Of a stretch of 64,000 nucleotides of DNA, positions 21,335-30,634 are shown piece after piece. The notes beneath the pieces were generated by a model. That model made no database searches. It had not been told where the DNA came from and saw only the letters and a program-made list of their open reading frames with translations. Each line of letters opens with the position of its first letter. The stretch's first letter is position 1. A program made the position numbers and the translations under genes. The stretch is from Longimicrobiales bacterium (lineage in GTDB: Bacteria; Gemmatimonadota; Gemmatimonadetes; Longimicrobiales; Gaopeijiaceae), in contig CBDDCX010000007.1 of assembly GCA_965226375.1 (NCBI GenBank), positions 320,001-384,000 of the forward strand, given 5' to 3'.

Positions 21335-22030
21335 ATGAACTTCGACGCCTTCGACTGCATCACGTTCGACTGTTATGGGACCCTCATCGACTGGGAGTCC
21401 GGAATTCTCTCGGCTCTGCGTCCGGTCCTGACCGATCACGGGGTGACGGTCGAAGACGAGGAGGTCTTGGCACTCTTCGGTACGATCGAGTCGTCGGTGG
21501 AGGCCGCGGGGTACCGCCCCTACCGGGAGATTCTGTGCGAGGTGGTCCGCGGCTTCGGAGAGGCTCTGGGCTTCATGCCGTCAGGGCCGGAACGAGAGTC
21601 TTTGGCCGAGTCGATCAGGGATTGGCCGCTGTTCGCCGACACTGCAGACGCCCTCGGTGCACTGAAGAAACGGTACCGGCTCGCTGTAGTCTCGAATATC
21701 GACGACGATCTCTTCGCGCATAGCGCCCATAAGCTCGGCGTCGATTTTGATGAGGTAGTGACGGCCCAGCAGGTGGGGTCCTATAAGCCGTCCCTCGAAC
21801 ACTTCTCGGTGGCTTTCGGCCGATTGGGTCATGGCCCGGAACGCATCCTGCACGTGGCTCAGAGCCTCTATCACGACATTGGTCCCGCTCGTGAGCTGGG
21901 ACTGTCATGTGTCTGGGTGAATCGTCGGGCGGGGAAGGCGGGTGCCGGAGCCACGGCGCCCGCCACCGCCGAGCCGGACCTCGAGGTGCCGGACCTCGAG
22001 ACGCTCACGATGCTCATGGGTCTCGGTTGA
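21335..22030 (+). CDS. Haloacid dehalogenase type II-like HAD hydrolase
   Basis: TFDCYGTLIDWESG, VSNIDD, SYKP, HVAQSLYHD. Confidence 0.92.
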   Translation: MNFDAFDCITFDCYGTLIDWESGILSALRPVLTDHGVTVEDEEVLALFGTIESSVEAAGYRPYREILCEVVRGFGEALGFMPSGPERESLAESIRDWPLFADTADALGALKKRYRLAVVSNIDDDLFAHSAHKLGVDFDEVVTAQQVGSYKPSLEHFSVAFGRLGHGPERILHVAQSLYHDIGPARELGLSCVWVNRRAGKAGAGATAPATAEPDLEVPDLETLTMLMGLG

Positions 22031-22064
22031 CCCGACAGGGGCTCTCAGACAGGACGAGTGACGC

Positions 22065-22259
22065 ATGAACGACTCGCCGAGGGTGCCTTCTGGGGCCACG
22101 GAGTCCGCCGGTGGACATGGGGGCTTCATTACGGCCTACCTCTTGGCCACACCGGCCTTCGTCGTCGCCGACCTCACTTTCGATACGCCCTTCCGCGTGG
22201 CGGCTCTGGCAGACTCGAATCTCCGGTTCTTCTACTACGGCGGGGTCATGGGCTCATAG
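22065..22259 (+). CDS. Short hydrophobic ORF, possibly a truncated membrane protein
   Basis: 64 aa with hydrophobic segments; stops in the middle of an apparent helix (FFYYGGVMGS*). Confidence 0.35.
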   Translation: MNDSPRVPSGATESAGGHGGFITAYLLATPAFVVADLTFDTPFRVAALADSNLRFFYYGGVMGS

Positions 22260-22304
22260 CGCCGATTCTGCCCCGTCTGATTCCCCTCCGATTGAGTGAA
22301 CGAC

Positions 22305-22895
22305 ATGGCTTGGATTGAACTCACGCCGATTACGCAGGCCACGGGTATCCTGAAGAGGCAGTACGACGCTGCCCTCGAGAGGGCCGGACGGGTCTGGAAC
22401 ATCATCCGGATCATGAGCCCCAACCCGTCGACGCTGGATGCCAGTATGCGGCTCTACGGTTCCGTCATGAAGGGGCCGTCTCCTCTGTCACGTGTGCAGC
22501 GCGAGCTGCTCGCCACGGTGGTCTCGGCCGCGCTCGATTGCCACTACTGAACGGTTGCGCATGCGCACGACCTCCGGGAAGAGGTCCAGGAGATGTTCGA
22601 TACCGATGGCGAGGCCGACGCATTCGTACACGCGGTGGTTCGAGATTGGACCACCGCGCCGCTCTCCGAGGCCGACCGGGCGCTCTGCACCCACGCGGTC
22701 CGACTGACGCATGAGCAGGGGAGCGTGAAACCGGAGCACCTCGAGCACCTGCGATCTCTGGGCTTCGATGACGTGGCCATCCACGACGCTACCCAGGTCG
22801 TGGCGTACTTCAACTACATCACGCGGATCGCGGATGGCTTGGGGATCGATCCCGAGGACTTCATCCGACCCTGGGGGAGTGAAGAGCCTTGTTGA
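22305..22895 (+). CDS. AhpD/CMD-like peroxidase-related protein, predicted selenoprotein (UGA at 22548-22550 read as Sec)
   Basis: ORFs 22296-22550 and 22593-22895 share a frame, separated by one TGA; read-through gives RELLATVVSAALDCHYUTVAHAHDLR (CxxC/U-xxH) and FNYITRIADGLG. Confidence 0.85.
22551..22590 (+). promoter_or_regulatory. Candidate bacterial SECIS element
   Basis: Hairpin GACCTC-CGGGAA-GAGGTC at 22569-22586, starting 18 nt after the UGA, with a G-rich apical loop. Confidence 0.6.
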
Positions 22896-23647
22896 AGCAG
22901 GACGATGCAGCTCACCTGGCGGCACTGAACGCCGAGGTCGTCGCATGCACCAGGTGCACCCGTCTCGTCCAATGGTGTCGGGACGTGGCCGAGACCAAGC
23001 GGGCCGCCTACTCGGAGGACGAGTACTGGGGCCGACCCGTGCCGTCGTTTGGAGACCCCGGCGCCGGGGTCCTCGTCGTGGGGCTGGCACCCGCGGCCCA
23101 CGGAGCCAACCGGACCGGTCGAATGTTTACAGGGGACCGCTTGGGAGATTGGCTGTTTCGGGCCCTCCACCGTGCGGGATTCGCCAACCGTCCCGAGGGC
23201 CGGGCGGCCGACGATGGGTTGGTGTTGTCTGGAGTCTACATCACCGCCGCCGTTCGTTGTGCGCCACCGGACAACCGCCCCACATCCGACGAACGAGACT
23301 CGTGTCGCCCCTTCCTGGAGCGAGAGCTCGACGTCTTTGCTGATGTGGGGGTCATCGTCACCCTGGGGGGATTTTCGTTCGCGCAGGTTCTGCGACTCCT
23401 CGCAGCCCGCGGGGGGCCCGTCCCACGTCCTCGGCCGAAATTCGCCCACGGGGTGGAAGTCGGCGTCGGTGACACCACGGTGCTCGGGTCGTACCATCCC
23501 AGCCAACAGAACACCTTTACCGGAAGGCTCACGGAGCCGATGTTCGACGCGATCTGGGAGCGGGCACGCAGCCTCTCCAAGAGCAAACCCGAAGGGGCTT
23601 CTGCACCGAACTTCTCGACACCACGCCTCAGAGAGAGAGAGCAATAG
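22889..23647 (+). CDS. Uracil-DNA glycosylase family 5 (UdgB-like)
   Basis: CTRC..L, GLAPAAHGANRTGRMFTGD, RCAPPDNRP, SYHPSQQNT. Confidence 0.92.
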   Translation: MLKQDDAAHLAALNAEVVACTRCTRLVQWCRDVAETKRAAYSEDEYWGRPVPSFGDPGAGVLVVGLAPAAHGANRTGRMFTGDRLGDWLFRALHRAGFANRPEGRAADDGLVLSGVYITAAVRCAPPDNRPTSDERDSCRPFLERELDVFADVGVIVTLGGFSFAQVLRLLAARGGPVPRPRPKFAHGVEVGVGDTTVLGSYHPSQQNTFTGRLTEPMFDAIWERARSLSKSKPEGASAPNFSTPRLREREQ

Positions 23648-23648
23648 G

Positions 23649-24860
23649 ATGTCCGAACCTATCAACCGTCGTCAGTTCGTCCAGACCGCGACTCTCGGGA
23701 TCGTGGCGGGCGCTGCGGCTCCGGCGGCCGCAAAGGAAACGATAACCCTCCGATCAGCGATCGAGGCTCCGGTCGTACATACGCCCCAGCTGATCCGCCC
23801 CCTCGTCATATCCGATCTCAGCGGAATCCGGTACCGCAACGGTGGTCCGCAGAGCAGCGTCGAGAGGGCCTTCGAGGGCATCACCCGGGGAGAAGACGTG
23901 CTGGACGCCCTCATCGCCGGCGTCAACATCCCGGAGTTGGACCCAGAGGAGTCTGGCATCGGTTATGGGGGCCTCCCCAACGCCGACGGCGTCGTGCAGT
24001 TGGACTCCTGCTGTATGCATGGGCCTAAGAAGTGGGCGGGTGGTGTAGCCTCGATCGAGGGGGTTCGTACCCCGTCTCTGGTCGCCAAGGCGGTGATGGA
24101 ACTCACGGATCACCACCTGCTCGCGGGACACGGAGCGCAGCAGTTCGCCCGGCAGCTCGGAATGACTGTGGAGGACGACCTGAACACCGAGAAGTCACGA
24201 TCTCTGTGGTTGAACTGGAAGCGCCGCATCGACCCGTCTCACTTCCTGGATCCCGATCAGCGGCGCCCACGGGGTGGGGGTGCTGGGGGCGGAAGCGGCG
24301 CCGCGGAAAGGGCCCGCTCACGCGCGTTCTACGACGCAGGGCTCCAGATGGTCAGAGAAGGGCTCATTTCAGCCGACAGTTTTTGGGGCACCACGAACTC
24401 GAACGGAATCTCGCCTCAGGGGGAGATCTGTGGCGTTACCACGACGTCGGGCCTTTCATGGAAAATCCCCGGCCGAGTTGGCGACTCACCGATCCTCGGC
24501 GCCGGGCTCTATGTGGATGGCGACGTCGGGGCTGCGGGATCCACCGGGCGGGGAGAGGCCAACCTGTTCAATCTGGCGTCCTTCCTGATCGTGGAGAGCA
24601 TGCGGAACGGTCTGAGCCCCAAGGACGCCGGCATGGTGGCCCTGAGACGCATCCAGGAGAACACGGTCGAAGAGAGGCTCTTGAACAGTCGCGGTCTCCC
24701 GGCCTTCGATGTCCGTTTCTTCGTACTCAACAAGAAAGGCGAGTACGCAGGTGTGGCCATGTACGGGGCTCGAGAGAGCAACTACGCCATCTGTACGGAG
24801 AACGGAGCGGAGGACGTGCCGTTGGAGGGTTTGCTGGAGGGATCACCGACCCAAGAGTAG
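23649..24860 (+). CDS. Tat-exported Ntn-hydrolase, glycosylasparaginase/isoaspartyl peptidase family
   Basis: NRRQFV twin-arginine leader, GYGGLPN, TTTSGLSWKIPGRVGDSPILGAG, STGRGE. Confidence 0.9.
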   Translation: MSEPINRRQFVQTATLGIVAGAAAPAAAKETITLRSAIEAPVVHTPQLIRPLVISDLSGIRYRNGGPQSSVERAFEGITRGEDVLDALIAGVNIPELDPEESGIGYGGLPNADGVVQLDSCCMHGPKKWAGGVASIEGVRTPSLVAKAVMELTDHHLLAGHGAQQFARQLGMTVEDDLNTEKSRSLWLNWKRRIDPSHFLDPDQRRPRGGGAGGGSGAAERARSRAFYDAGLQMVREGLISADSFWGTTNSNGISPQGEICGVTTTSGLSWKIPGRVGDSPILGAGLYVDGDVGAAGSTGRGEANLFNLASFLIVESMRNGLSPKDAGMVALRRIQENTVEERLLNSRGLPAFDVRFFVLNKKGEYAGVAMYGARESNYAICTENGAEDVPLEGLLEGSPTQE

Positions 24861-24871
24861 ATGCCGGACGG

Positions 24872-25969
24872 TCAGTCTCGAGCGACCTCGCGACCCGACC
24901 CGTCGAGCAGTGCGCCCACTCCTTCGGAGGTGTGCTTGTTGGCCGCGACGGTGATCGGCAAGCGCTGTAGGTGGCGGTCTCGCACGTCCTCCGGAGTCAG
25001 CTCTTCGTCGATGATACGGGCGAGCTCCTCCTCTCGCTTCCACATGAACTCGAGCGACTTCAGCTCGAGCTCCATCATGCGCCTCTCCACGCTGTCGTTG
25101 ATGGCGATCTCCAGGGCGATGGACTGCGGCTTTCCCATGCCCCAGAGCGACTTTCGCTCCCGACTGACGCGCATCTCGAAGGCCTCGGGAGAGCCCTCGC
25201 TCTCGATCAGGTGTGCCGCATCCTTGATGGTCGCCTCTCCGGCACCTGCGATGTGCTGGTACGCCAACACCCGGCGAAGCACATTCTGTGCCTCGGGACC
25301 GTCGATGCGGTGAACCTTCTCGGGGGTCCATGGATCGCAGCGTGGGCAGGGTACCTCCACTGCTGCGTCTCCCGACGCCGAGTCGATGTGCGGATAGACC
25401 CACCAGGAGAGATCATAGCGGAGAGCTTTCAGCGAAGTGTTGCAGTAGGGACAGTCGATGCTGCCGTGCCAGGCCGCCCACCCGAACCGACGCCAGCGCA
25501 GGATGTCCACGGCGGGAGCATCATCCCAGCCGATCTTCAGGTCCTCATCGCCCAATCCCACGATGTCGGACAGATAGGCCATGGCCCCGAAAGTATAGGC
25601 CGTGATCTGCGAGCGTGTACCTTGGAAGCGGGTGCGGCGCGCGTCGAGCTCCCGGCCGTATCTCCACCAGGCTTGCTCGGCCAGCCCGGCCTTGCCCACC
25701 CGAATCAGGAACAGTGCTCCGGCTGAAAGGAGAACGATGTTATCCGTCTCGGCGACCAGCCGAGACTTGTCTCGCACCATGCGCTCGAGTTGGTGAAGGG
25801 CCTCCCACCGCTGCTCTATGGGACAGAGGTTCCAGCGGTGACAACCGTCACAGACAACCCAGAGACGGCCTCGTCCGGGATCGAACGCCAGGCGGCGTCC
25901 CGGAGGCAAGCGCCCGAAAATCCCATTCTCGGGGAAAGGCGCATGACAGAAAATGCAGCGTGTGAACAA
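24872..25969 (-). CDS. Hypothetical protein with four CxxC motifs
   Basis: CIFC, CDGC, CPYC, CPRC; C-terminal acidic coiled coil. Confidence 0.75.
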   Translation of the reverse strand: MFTRCIFCHAPFPENGIFGRLPPGRRLAFDPGRGRLWVVCDGCHRWNLCPIEQRWEALHQLERMVRDKSRLVAETDNIVLLSAGALFLIRVGKAGLAEQAWWRYGRELDARRTRFQGTRSQITAYTFGAMAYLSDIVGLGDEDLKIGWDDAPAVDILRWRRFGWAAWHGSIDCPYCNTSLKALRYDLSWWVYPHIDSASGDAAVEVPCPRCDPWTPEKVHRIDGPEAQNVLRRVLAYQHIAGAGEATIKDAAHLIESEGSPEAFEMRVSRERKSLWGMGKPQSIALEIAINDSVERRMMELELKSLEFMWKREEELARIIDEELTPEDVRDRHLQRLPITVAANKHTSEGVGALLDGSGREVARD

Positions 25970-26169
25970 GACATCCCCCCAACCGACGTGCGGCCCTCAA
26001 GGGCCCACGATTCTACCACCCATCCACCGAACTATAACACACGTCCAACTTCCGTCGAACCCTGCAGTGAAGGACCCCCTGGACGGCTCACCCGTTCCAG
26101 AGGCCCGAATCGACCGGTTCCCGCTACGGCTTCTCTGGCGCTGGATTCTGTGAAGGACAATCATTCAGC

Positions 26170-26664
26170 ATGGAGAACTCGAATCCGAAACTGAGCCCGG
26201 CCGGCTCGGAAGTCGCTCTGGCAGTGGAGCGCCTCGCCGCTGCCAGGATCGGACGCGCGCTTCCTGCCCTGGCGTTGCTGGCCGTTTATGGGCTGCTTCA
26301 GAGCATTCGATTCGGGTTCGCGAGCGCGGACTATGTCGTCGTTTTCGTGGGTGCCCTGTTGTCTGCCGGCTCGATGGTCGCCTATGGTACCGAGGCGGTA
26401 AAGAGCGTGATGGACGAGAAGAGCTCCTGGGCTGGGCTGATCTATGCGGGCAGCTTCGTACCCTACCTGTTCGGGGGCTATCTCATCATAACCAGGGGCC
26501 TTGAGCTCTCTCGCTCGTTTGATCCGTTCGACGCTGGTGGTCTGGTCGTGACGTTGGCGCTCATGCTCGTCGCTGTACTTTTTATGCGAGCTCATTGGAA
26601 ACTCACCGAGGTTCACCTCTTGGCCCGCGAGATGGCGGGACTGGCCAACATCGGATCTCCGTAG
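26170..26664 (+). CDS. Hypothetical membrane protein (about 4 TM)
   Basis: Four hydrophobic segments; codon usage like neighbours. Confidence 0.65.
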   Translation: MENSNPKLSPAGSEVALAVERLAAARIGRALPALALLAVYGLLQSIRFGFASADYVVVFVGALLSAGSMVAYGTEAVKSVMDEKSSWAGLIYAGSFVPYLFGGYLIITRGLELSRSFDPFDAGGLVVTLALMLVAVLFMRAHWKLTEVHLLAREMAGLANIGSP

Positions 26665-26674
26665 AATTTGACGC

Positions 26675-26950
26675 ATGCGATGCTACATCATCTCATACGA
26701 ACTCAAGCAGCCGAGAGCTGCCTACATCGATTTTTTCAGTGAGCTCAGATCGTACCATGCGAACGCGCAGATTCTCGAACATGTGTGGGCGGTGGTGACG
26801 GATGGCTCGGCTGCGGATATCCGGGACCGGCTCTGGGAGCTTCTCGACCCCGACGACGGAATTCTTGTGCTGGAATCGAGCCGCGAAGCGGCGTGGCAGG
26901 ACGTCCGGTGTGAAAACCAATGGCTGAGGGACAACCTGACCAATGGCTGA
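26675..26950 (+). CDS. Small ferredoxin-fold protein of the Cas2/VapD-like 'SinR family' type
   Basis: YIISYEL N-terminus, W.V.T, IRD.L..LD.DD..LV pattern; no CRISPR array nearby. Confidence 0.6.
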   Translation: MRCYIISYELKQPRAAYIDFFSELRSYHANAQILEHVWAVVTDGSAADIRDRLWELLDPDDGILVLESSREAAWQDVRCENQWLRDNLTNG

Positions 26951-26961
26951 GGGACAACCTG
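26916..26961 (+). repeat. Perfect 23-bp tandem duplication
   Basis: accaatggctgagggacaacctg twice, at 26916-26938 and 26939-26961. Confidence 0.95.
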
Positions 26962-27842
26962 TAGGTCAGGGGAGGGACCTCAAGGACCGAGTCCGGGAGT
27001 CTCTCGAGAGCTGGCCGGAACGGAGAGTCGGGCAGGTGGGTGTCGGCCTCTTATTCGTCTTGGGAGCCCTGGACCTGTTGGCTGGTCCGACCCTCTCCCT
27101 CCTTCCCCTGTACGCCGGACCCGTTGCCCTTGTCGCGTGGCTGGCCCGTCCCCGTGTTGCTTACGCCCTCGCCGTGCTGGCCGCCCTCACGCTCGTCGGT
27201 GTCCCGCTTCTGACGAGTACAGGGCAAGATCCTGTACTGATCCTCTGGAACATCACGTCTGTGGCCCTTCTGCTCCTGATCGTGGCCTGGCTCACCGTCA
27301 CACTCGCGAAACGCCTGACAGAGGAGGCCAGCTTCGCCGCGACCGACACACTCACCCGGCTGTTGAACCGCGGCACTTTCATCGCAAGGTTGGACGCGGA
27401 GCTTGCTCGGTCTTCCCGCTACGGGCGAGCCTTCACGTTGGCTTACGTCGATTTGGATCACTTCAAGGAGGTCAACGACCTGGAGGGCCACGACGCCGGG
27501 GACGAGGTCCTGAGCAGGGTTGCCGATACCCTGCGGTCCAGCACGCGGTCGACCGACATCCTGGGTCCCCTGGGTGGGGACGAGTTCGCCGCCCTCCTCC
27601 CGGAGACGACCGTGGGACCGTCGAGATCCGTTCTGGAAAAGCTTCAAAACAATCTGGCTCAGGCCATGAAGAAGGGCGGTTGGCCGGTGACGTTCAGCAT
27701 TGGCGTCGTGACCTTCGAGGTGTCGGTCGACACGAGCCGTGACGCTCTGCGCGTGGCCGACGAGGCGATGTACGCCGTGAAGCGGGCCGGGAGGAACGGG
27801 ATTCACCACCTCGTGTGGGACGGTGTCGCAGCCCTTCCTTGA
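26943..27842 (+). CDS. Membrane-anchored diguanylate cyclase (GGDEF)
   Basis: About 4 TM, then DTLTRLLNR, DLDHFKEVND..GHDAGD, RSTD I-site, GGDEF, ADEAMYAVK. Confidence 0.9.
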   Translation: MAEGQPVGQGRDLKDRVRESLESWPERRVGQVGVGLLFVLGALDLLAGPTLSLLPLYAGPVALVAWLARPRVAYALAVLAALTLVGVPLLTSTGQDPVLILWNITSVALLLLIVAWLTVTLAKRLTEEASFAATDTLTRLLNRGTFIARLDAELARSSRYGRAFTLAYVDLDHFKEVNDLEGHDAGDEVLSRVADTLRSSTRSTDILGPLGGDEFAALLPETTVGPSRSVLEKLQNNLAQAMKKGGWPVTFSIGVVTFEVSVDTSRDALRVADEAMYAVKRAGRNGIHHLVWDGVAALP

Positions 27843-28025
27843 GATCAGTCCGGGTGACCACGAGTCTCGCGACCCCTACCATGTCCAGAGCCTACATCGC
27901 CAAAAACTCGCGAACATGGCTCAAGAAGAAACCGTCGGTGTATGTGCTGGTCCCAGTTTGAATACGATGTCGGCTGCGACAGGCGGAGCCTGCTAGTACC
28001 AAAGTCTGACCAGGGAGTATGACGA

Positions 28026-29143
28026 ATGCGGCCCAAAATTTCTCTGCTGGCGGGTGCTCTTCTTGCCCTCACCACGATACCCGCTTTCGGGGGTCCAACC
28101 CGGTACGCGGCTCAAGAACTCACCGTGGAGGAGTACACACCACGCAAGACGCTGGTCGTCTCGGAGCACCCCCTGACGCGGGCCCGTTTCCCCTTCGTCG
28201 ACATCCACGGTCATCAGAGAGCCACCCGCATGTCGGCCGCCGACGTGAACAAGCTCGTGGGCGAGATGGACGAGCTCAACATGGCGGTAATGGTCAACCT
28301 CTCGGGTGGGAGCGGGGACGTTCTGGTATCGGGCCTGGAGAACATGACGCGAGACCATGCCGGGCGCTTCGTCTTCTTCGCCAACGTGAATTTCCAGGGT
28401 GTGGGTGAGCCCGGTTGGGGCGAGCGGGCGGCGGCGCAGCTCGAGGTGGATGTTCGGAACGGGGCCGCGGGACTCAAGATCTTCAAGAACCTGGGGTTCT
28501 CGGCGCTCGATACGGACGGGAAGAGGATCCCCGTGGACGATCCACGCTTGGAGCCCGTCTGGGACAAGGCCGGGGAGTTGGGAATTACCGTCCTGATCCA
28601 CTCCGCCGATCCCGCAGAATTCTGGAAGCCCTTCGACAAGTTCAACGAACGCTGGTTGGAGCTCAAGCTCCGTCCGGGTCGAATCCAGCCTCCGGGGAAA
28701 TCTGCGCCGTGGGAGACGATCATCGGTGAGCAGCACAACCTGTTCCGGAGCATCCGAACACCACGTTCATCGCCGCGCATCTGGGCTGGCTCGGCCACGA
28801 CCTGGGGCGCCTGGGAGAACTCATGGACGAGCTCCCCAACATGAACGTCGGGCTGGGAGCCGTGATCTACGAGTTGGGAAGGCAGCCTCGTTTCGCCGCC
28901 AAGTGGCTAGGCGAGTACCAGGATCGGGTGCTGATGGGGAAGGACTCCTACAACCAGGAAGAGTTCTACACCTACTTCCAGGTCTTCGAGACGGATGACG
29001 ACTACTTCGACTACTACCGGCGTTATCACGCCTTCTGGCAGATGTACGGCCTCGATCTACCCGATGAGGTACTGAGGAAGATCTACTACCAGAACGCCGT
29101 ACGGCTGGTGCCTGCGATCGATGAATCTCTCTTCCGGGGATAG
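28026..29143 (+). pseudogene. Exported amidohydrolase (Amidohydro_2), frameshifted near 28749
   Basis: DIHGH, GLKIFK, IHSADP in the first frame; HPNTTFIAAHLGW..DRVLMGKD continues in another frame after ttc cgg ag|cat (one base short). Confidence 0.8.
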
Positions 29144-29188
29144 GGGCGGGGTGAACCGCGCGTCGATCGAGAAGACCGTGGTGACCCC

Positions 29189-29500
29189 ATGAGTCGTGCG
29201 CGCATTCCGACGACCGTTGTGGCGCGCTTCCACTACCGTCACGAGGCGGAGCTCGCCCACGGGTACCTCGAGGACGCGGGGGTGCCTACGGCGTTGTTTA
29301 TCGACGACGCCGGCGGAATGGATGTGGGCTTGGCGTTCGTGAACCCTGCGCGCGTGGTGGTCCGCGTCGAAGACGAGAAGCGAGCACGCGAAGTGCTGAC
29401 CGACGTGGGGATGTTGACCGACGGTGAGGGTGATCCCGAAGTCGACTCCGACTCAGATCTACAGTTCGATCTCCAGGAGGACATGCGGGAGGAATCGTGA
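29189..29500 (+). CDS. DUF2007-like putative signal-transducing protein
   Basis: EAELAHGYLEDAGVP and V.V..ED..RAREVL pattern. Confidence 0.75.
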   Translation: MSRARIPTTVVARFHYRHEAELAHGYLEDAGVPTALFIDDAGGMDVGLAFVNPARVVVRVEDEKRAREVLTDVGMLTDGEGDPEVDSDSDLQFDLQEDMREES

Positions 29501-29523
29501 GCTCCGTGCGTTGATTGGCTGCG

Positions 29524-29810
29524 TGAGGGCGGCCCCCCGCTTTGCGACGCGTCTCGCCGTCAGCGCTCTGGTGTTTTGGCTGTTCTTGCATGGGGTGGCC
29601 CAAGGTGTGGGCGTTTCCCCCGGTTCGTGGGCATCCATGGTTTGGGTCTCGGCGATCGGGTCTTTTCTCGTGATGGTCGACGCCCGCCAGCTCCGATATC
29701 GCATCTTTCTCGCCAACCTCGGCGTTTCCCGCCTCGAGATATGGTTCGCCGGCTGGATCGTTCTGGCCGGGTGCGAGGTGCTCCTCCAGGTCGCGCTCCT
29801 CTTCTTGTGA
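29524..29810 (+). CDS. Small membrane protein
   Basis: Three hydrophobic segments, FLANLGVS motif; GTGA overlap with the ABC ATPase; start uncertain. Confidence 0.5.
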
Positions 29811-30535
29811 GCCACTTCTTCACAGCCCAGTCCCTGGGAAAGAGCTTCGGGAGGCTCGAGGTGCTCAAGGGTGCGAGCCTGTGGGGCAGTGCGGGGGGCG
29901 TCACGGCTCTGCTGGGGCGGAACGGATCCGGGAAGACCACGCTTCTCGAGTGCGCCTTCGGCTTGACGCGGGCTGACTACGGGGTCGTGATGGTGGGGGA
30001 GCACGCCTTCGAGCGTCCAGCGCCCCATCGGTTGGCCCGTCTCGGGGTCTTCTATCTTCCGGAGCGCGATCTGCTGTCGCCAGCACACACGGTTCTGAGG
30101 CATCTGCAGGTCGCCGCCCGGGCTCCCGGACCCGCGTCACGCGGCCGGGCCACCGCGCCTTCCGGCGACCCACTCGCGATCGCGGAGCGCATGGGCATCG
30201 CGGAGATCCTCTACCAGAGGTGCTTCCAGATTTCGGGTGGCGAGCGAAGGCGGGCCGAGTTGGCCATCGCTTTCTTGCGTACCCCGTTGTGCCTCCTCGC
30301 CGATGAACCCTTTGCCGGGATCACACCGACGGATAGAACGGTGATCGCGGCCGCCCTGCGCGAGCTCGCGGAGCGGGGTTGTGCCGTTGTCATAACGGGA
30401 CATGACGTGGACGACGTATTGGCCGTGGCCGACACCGTCACCTGGATGGCGGCGGGGACCACTCATCAGCTCGGCGCGCCCGAAGAGGCTCGTCGCCACG
30501 ATCAGTTCGTGCGCGAGTATCTGGGGTCTCGCTAG
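29807..30535 (+). CDS. ABC transporter ATP-binding protein (LptB-like)
   Basis: GRNGSGKTT, ISGGERRR, LLADEPFAG, ITGHD. Confidence 0.88.
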   Translation: MSHFFTAQSLGKSFGRLEVLKGASLWGSAGGVTALLGRNGSGKTTLLECAFGLTRADYGVVMVGEHAFERPAPHRLARLGVFYLPERDLLSPAHTVLRHLQVAARAPGPASRGRATAPSGDPLAIAERMGIAEILYQRCFQISGGERRRAELAIAFLRTPLCLLADEPFAGITPTDRTVIAAALRELAERGCAVVITGHDVDDVLAVADTVTWMAAGTTHQLGAPEEARRHDQFVREYLGSR

Positions 30536-30634
30536 ATGCACCGTGCCTCTTCAAAAGGCCTCTGGTTCGGGGCGCGGCCGGCCTGGCCACCGCCTCGGGT
30601 GGGCCAGGCCCGGCCAGCGCTCCTAGGATCGCTC

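Noticed and set aside
22257..22259. Pyrrolysine or amber read-through of the 22065 ORF
   Set aside because: The frame meets a TGA six codons later and there is no supporting motif.
23049..23648. N-terminal extension of the asparaginase ORF
   Set aside because: Overlaps UDG in another frame; the Tat leader begins at ATG 23649.
26675..26961. CRISPR-Cas locus suggested by the Cas2-like ORF and a 23-bp repeat
   Set aside because: Only two adjacent copies with no spacer, and no cas1 or other cas genes in the window.
28740..28760. Programmed ribosomal frameshift in the amidohydrolase
   Set aside because: No slippery sequence or obvious stimulatory structure; a simple indel explains it.
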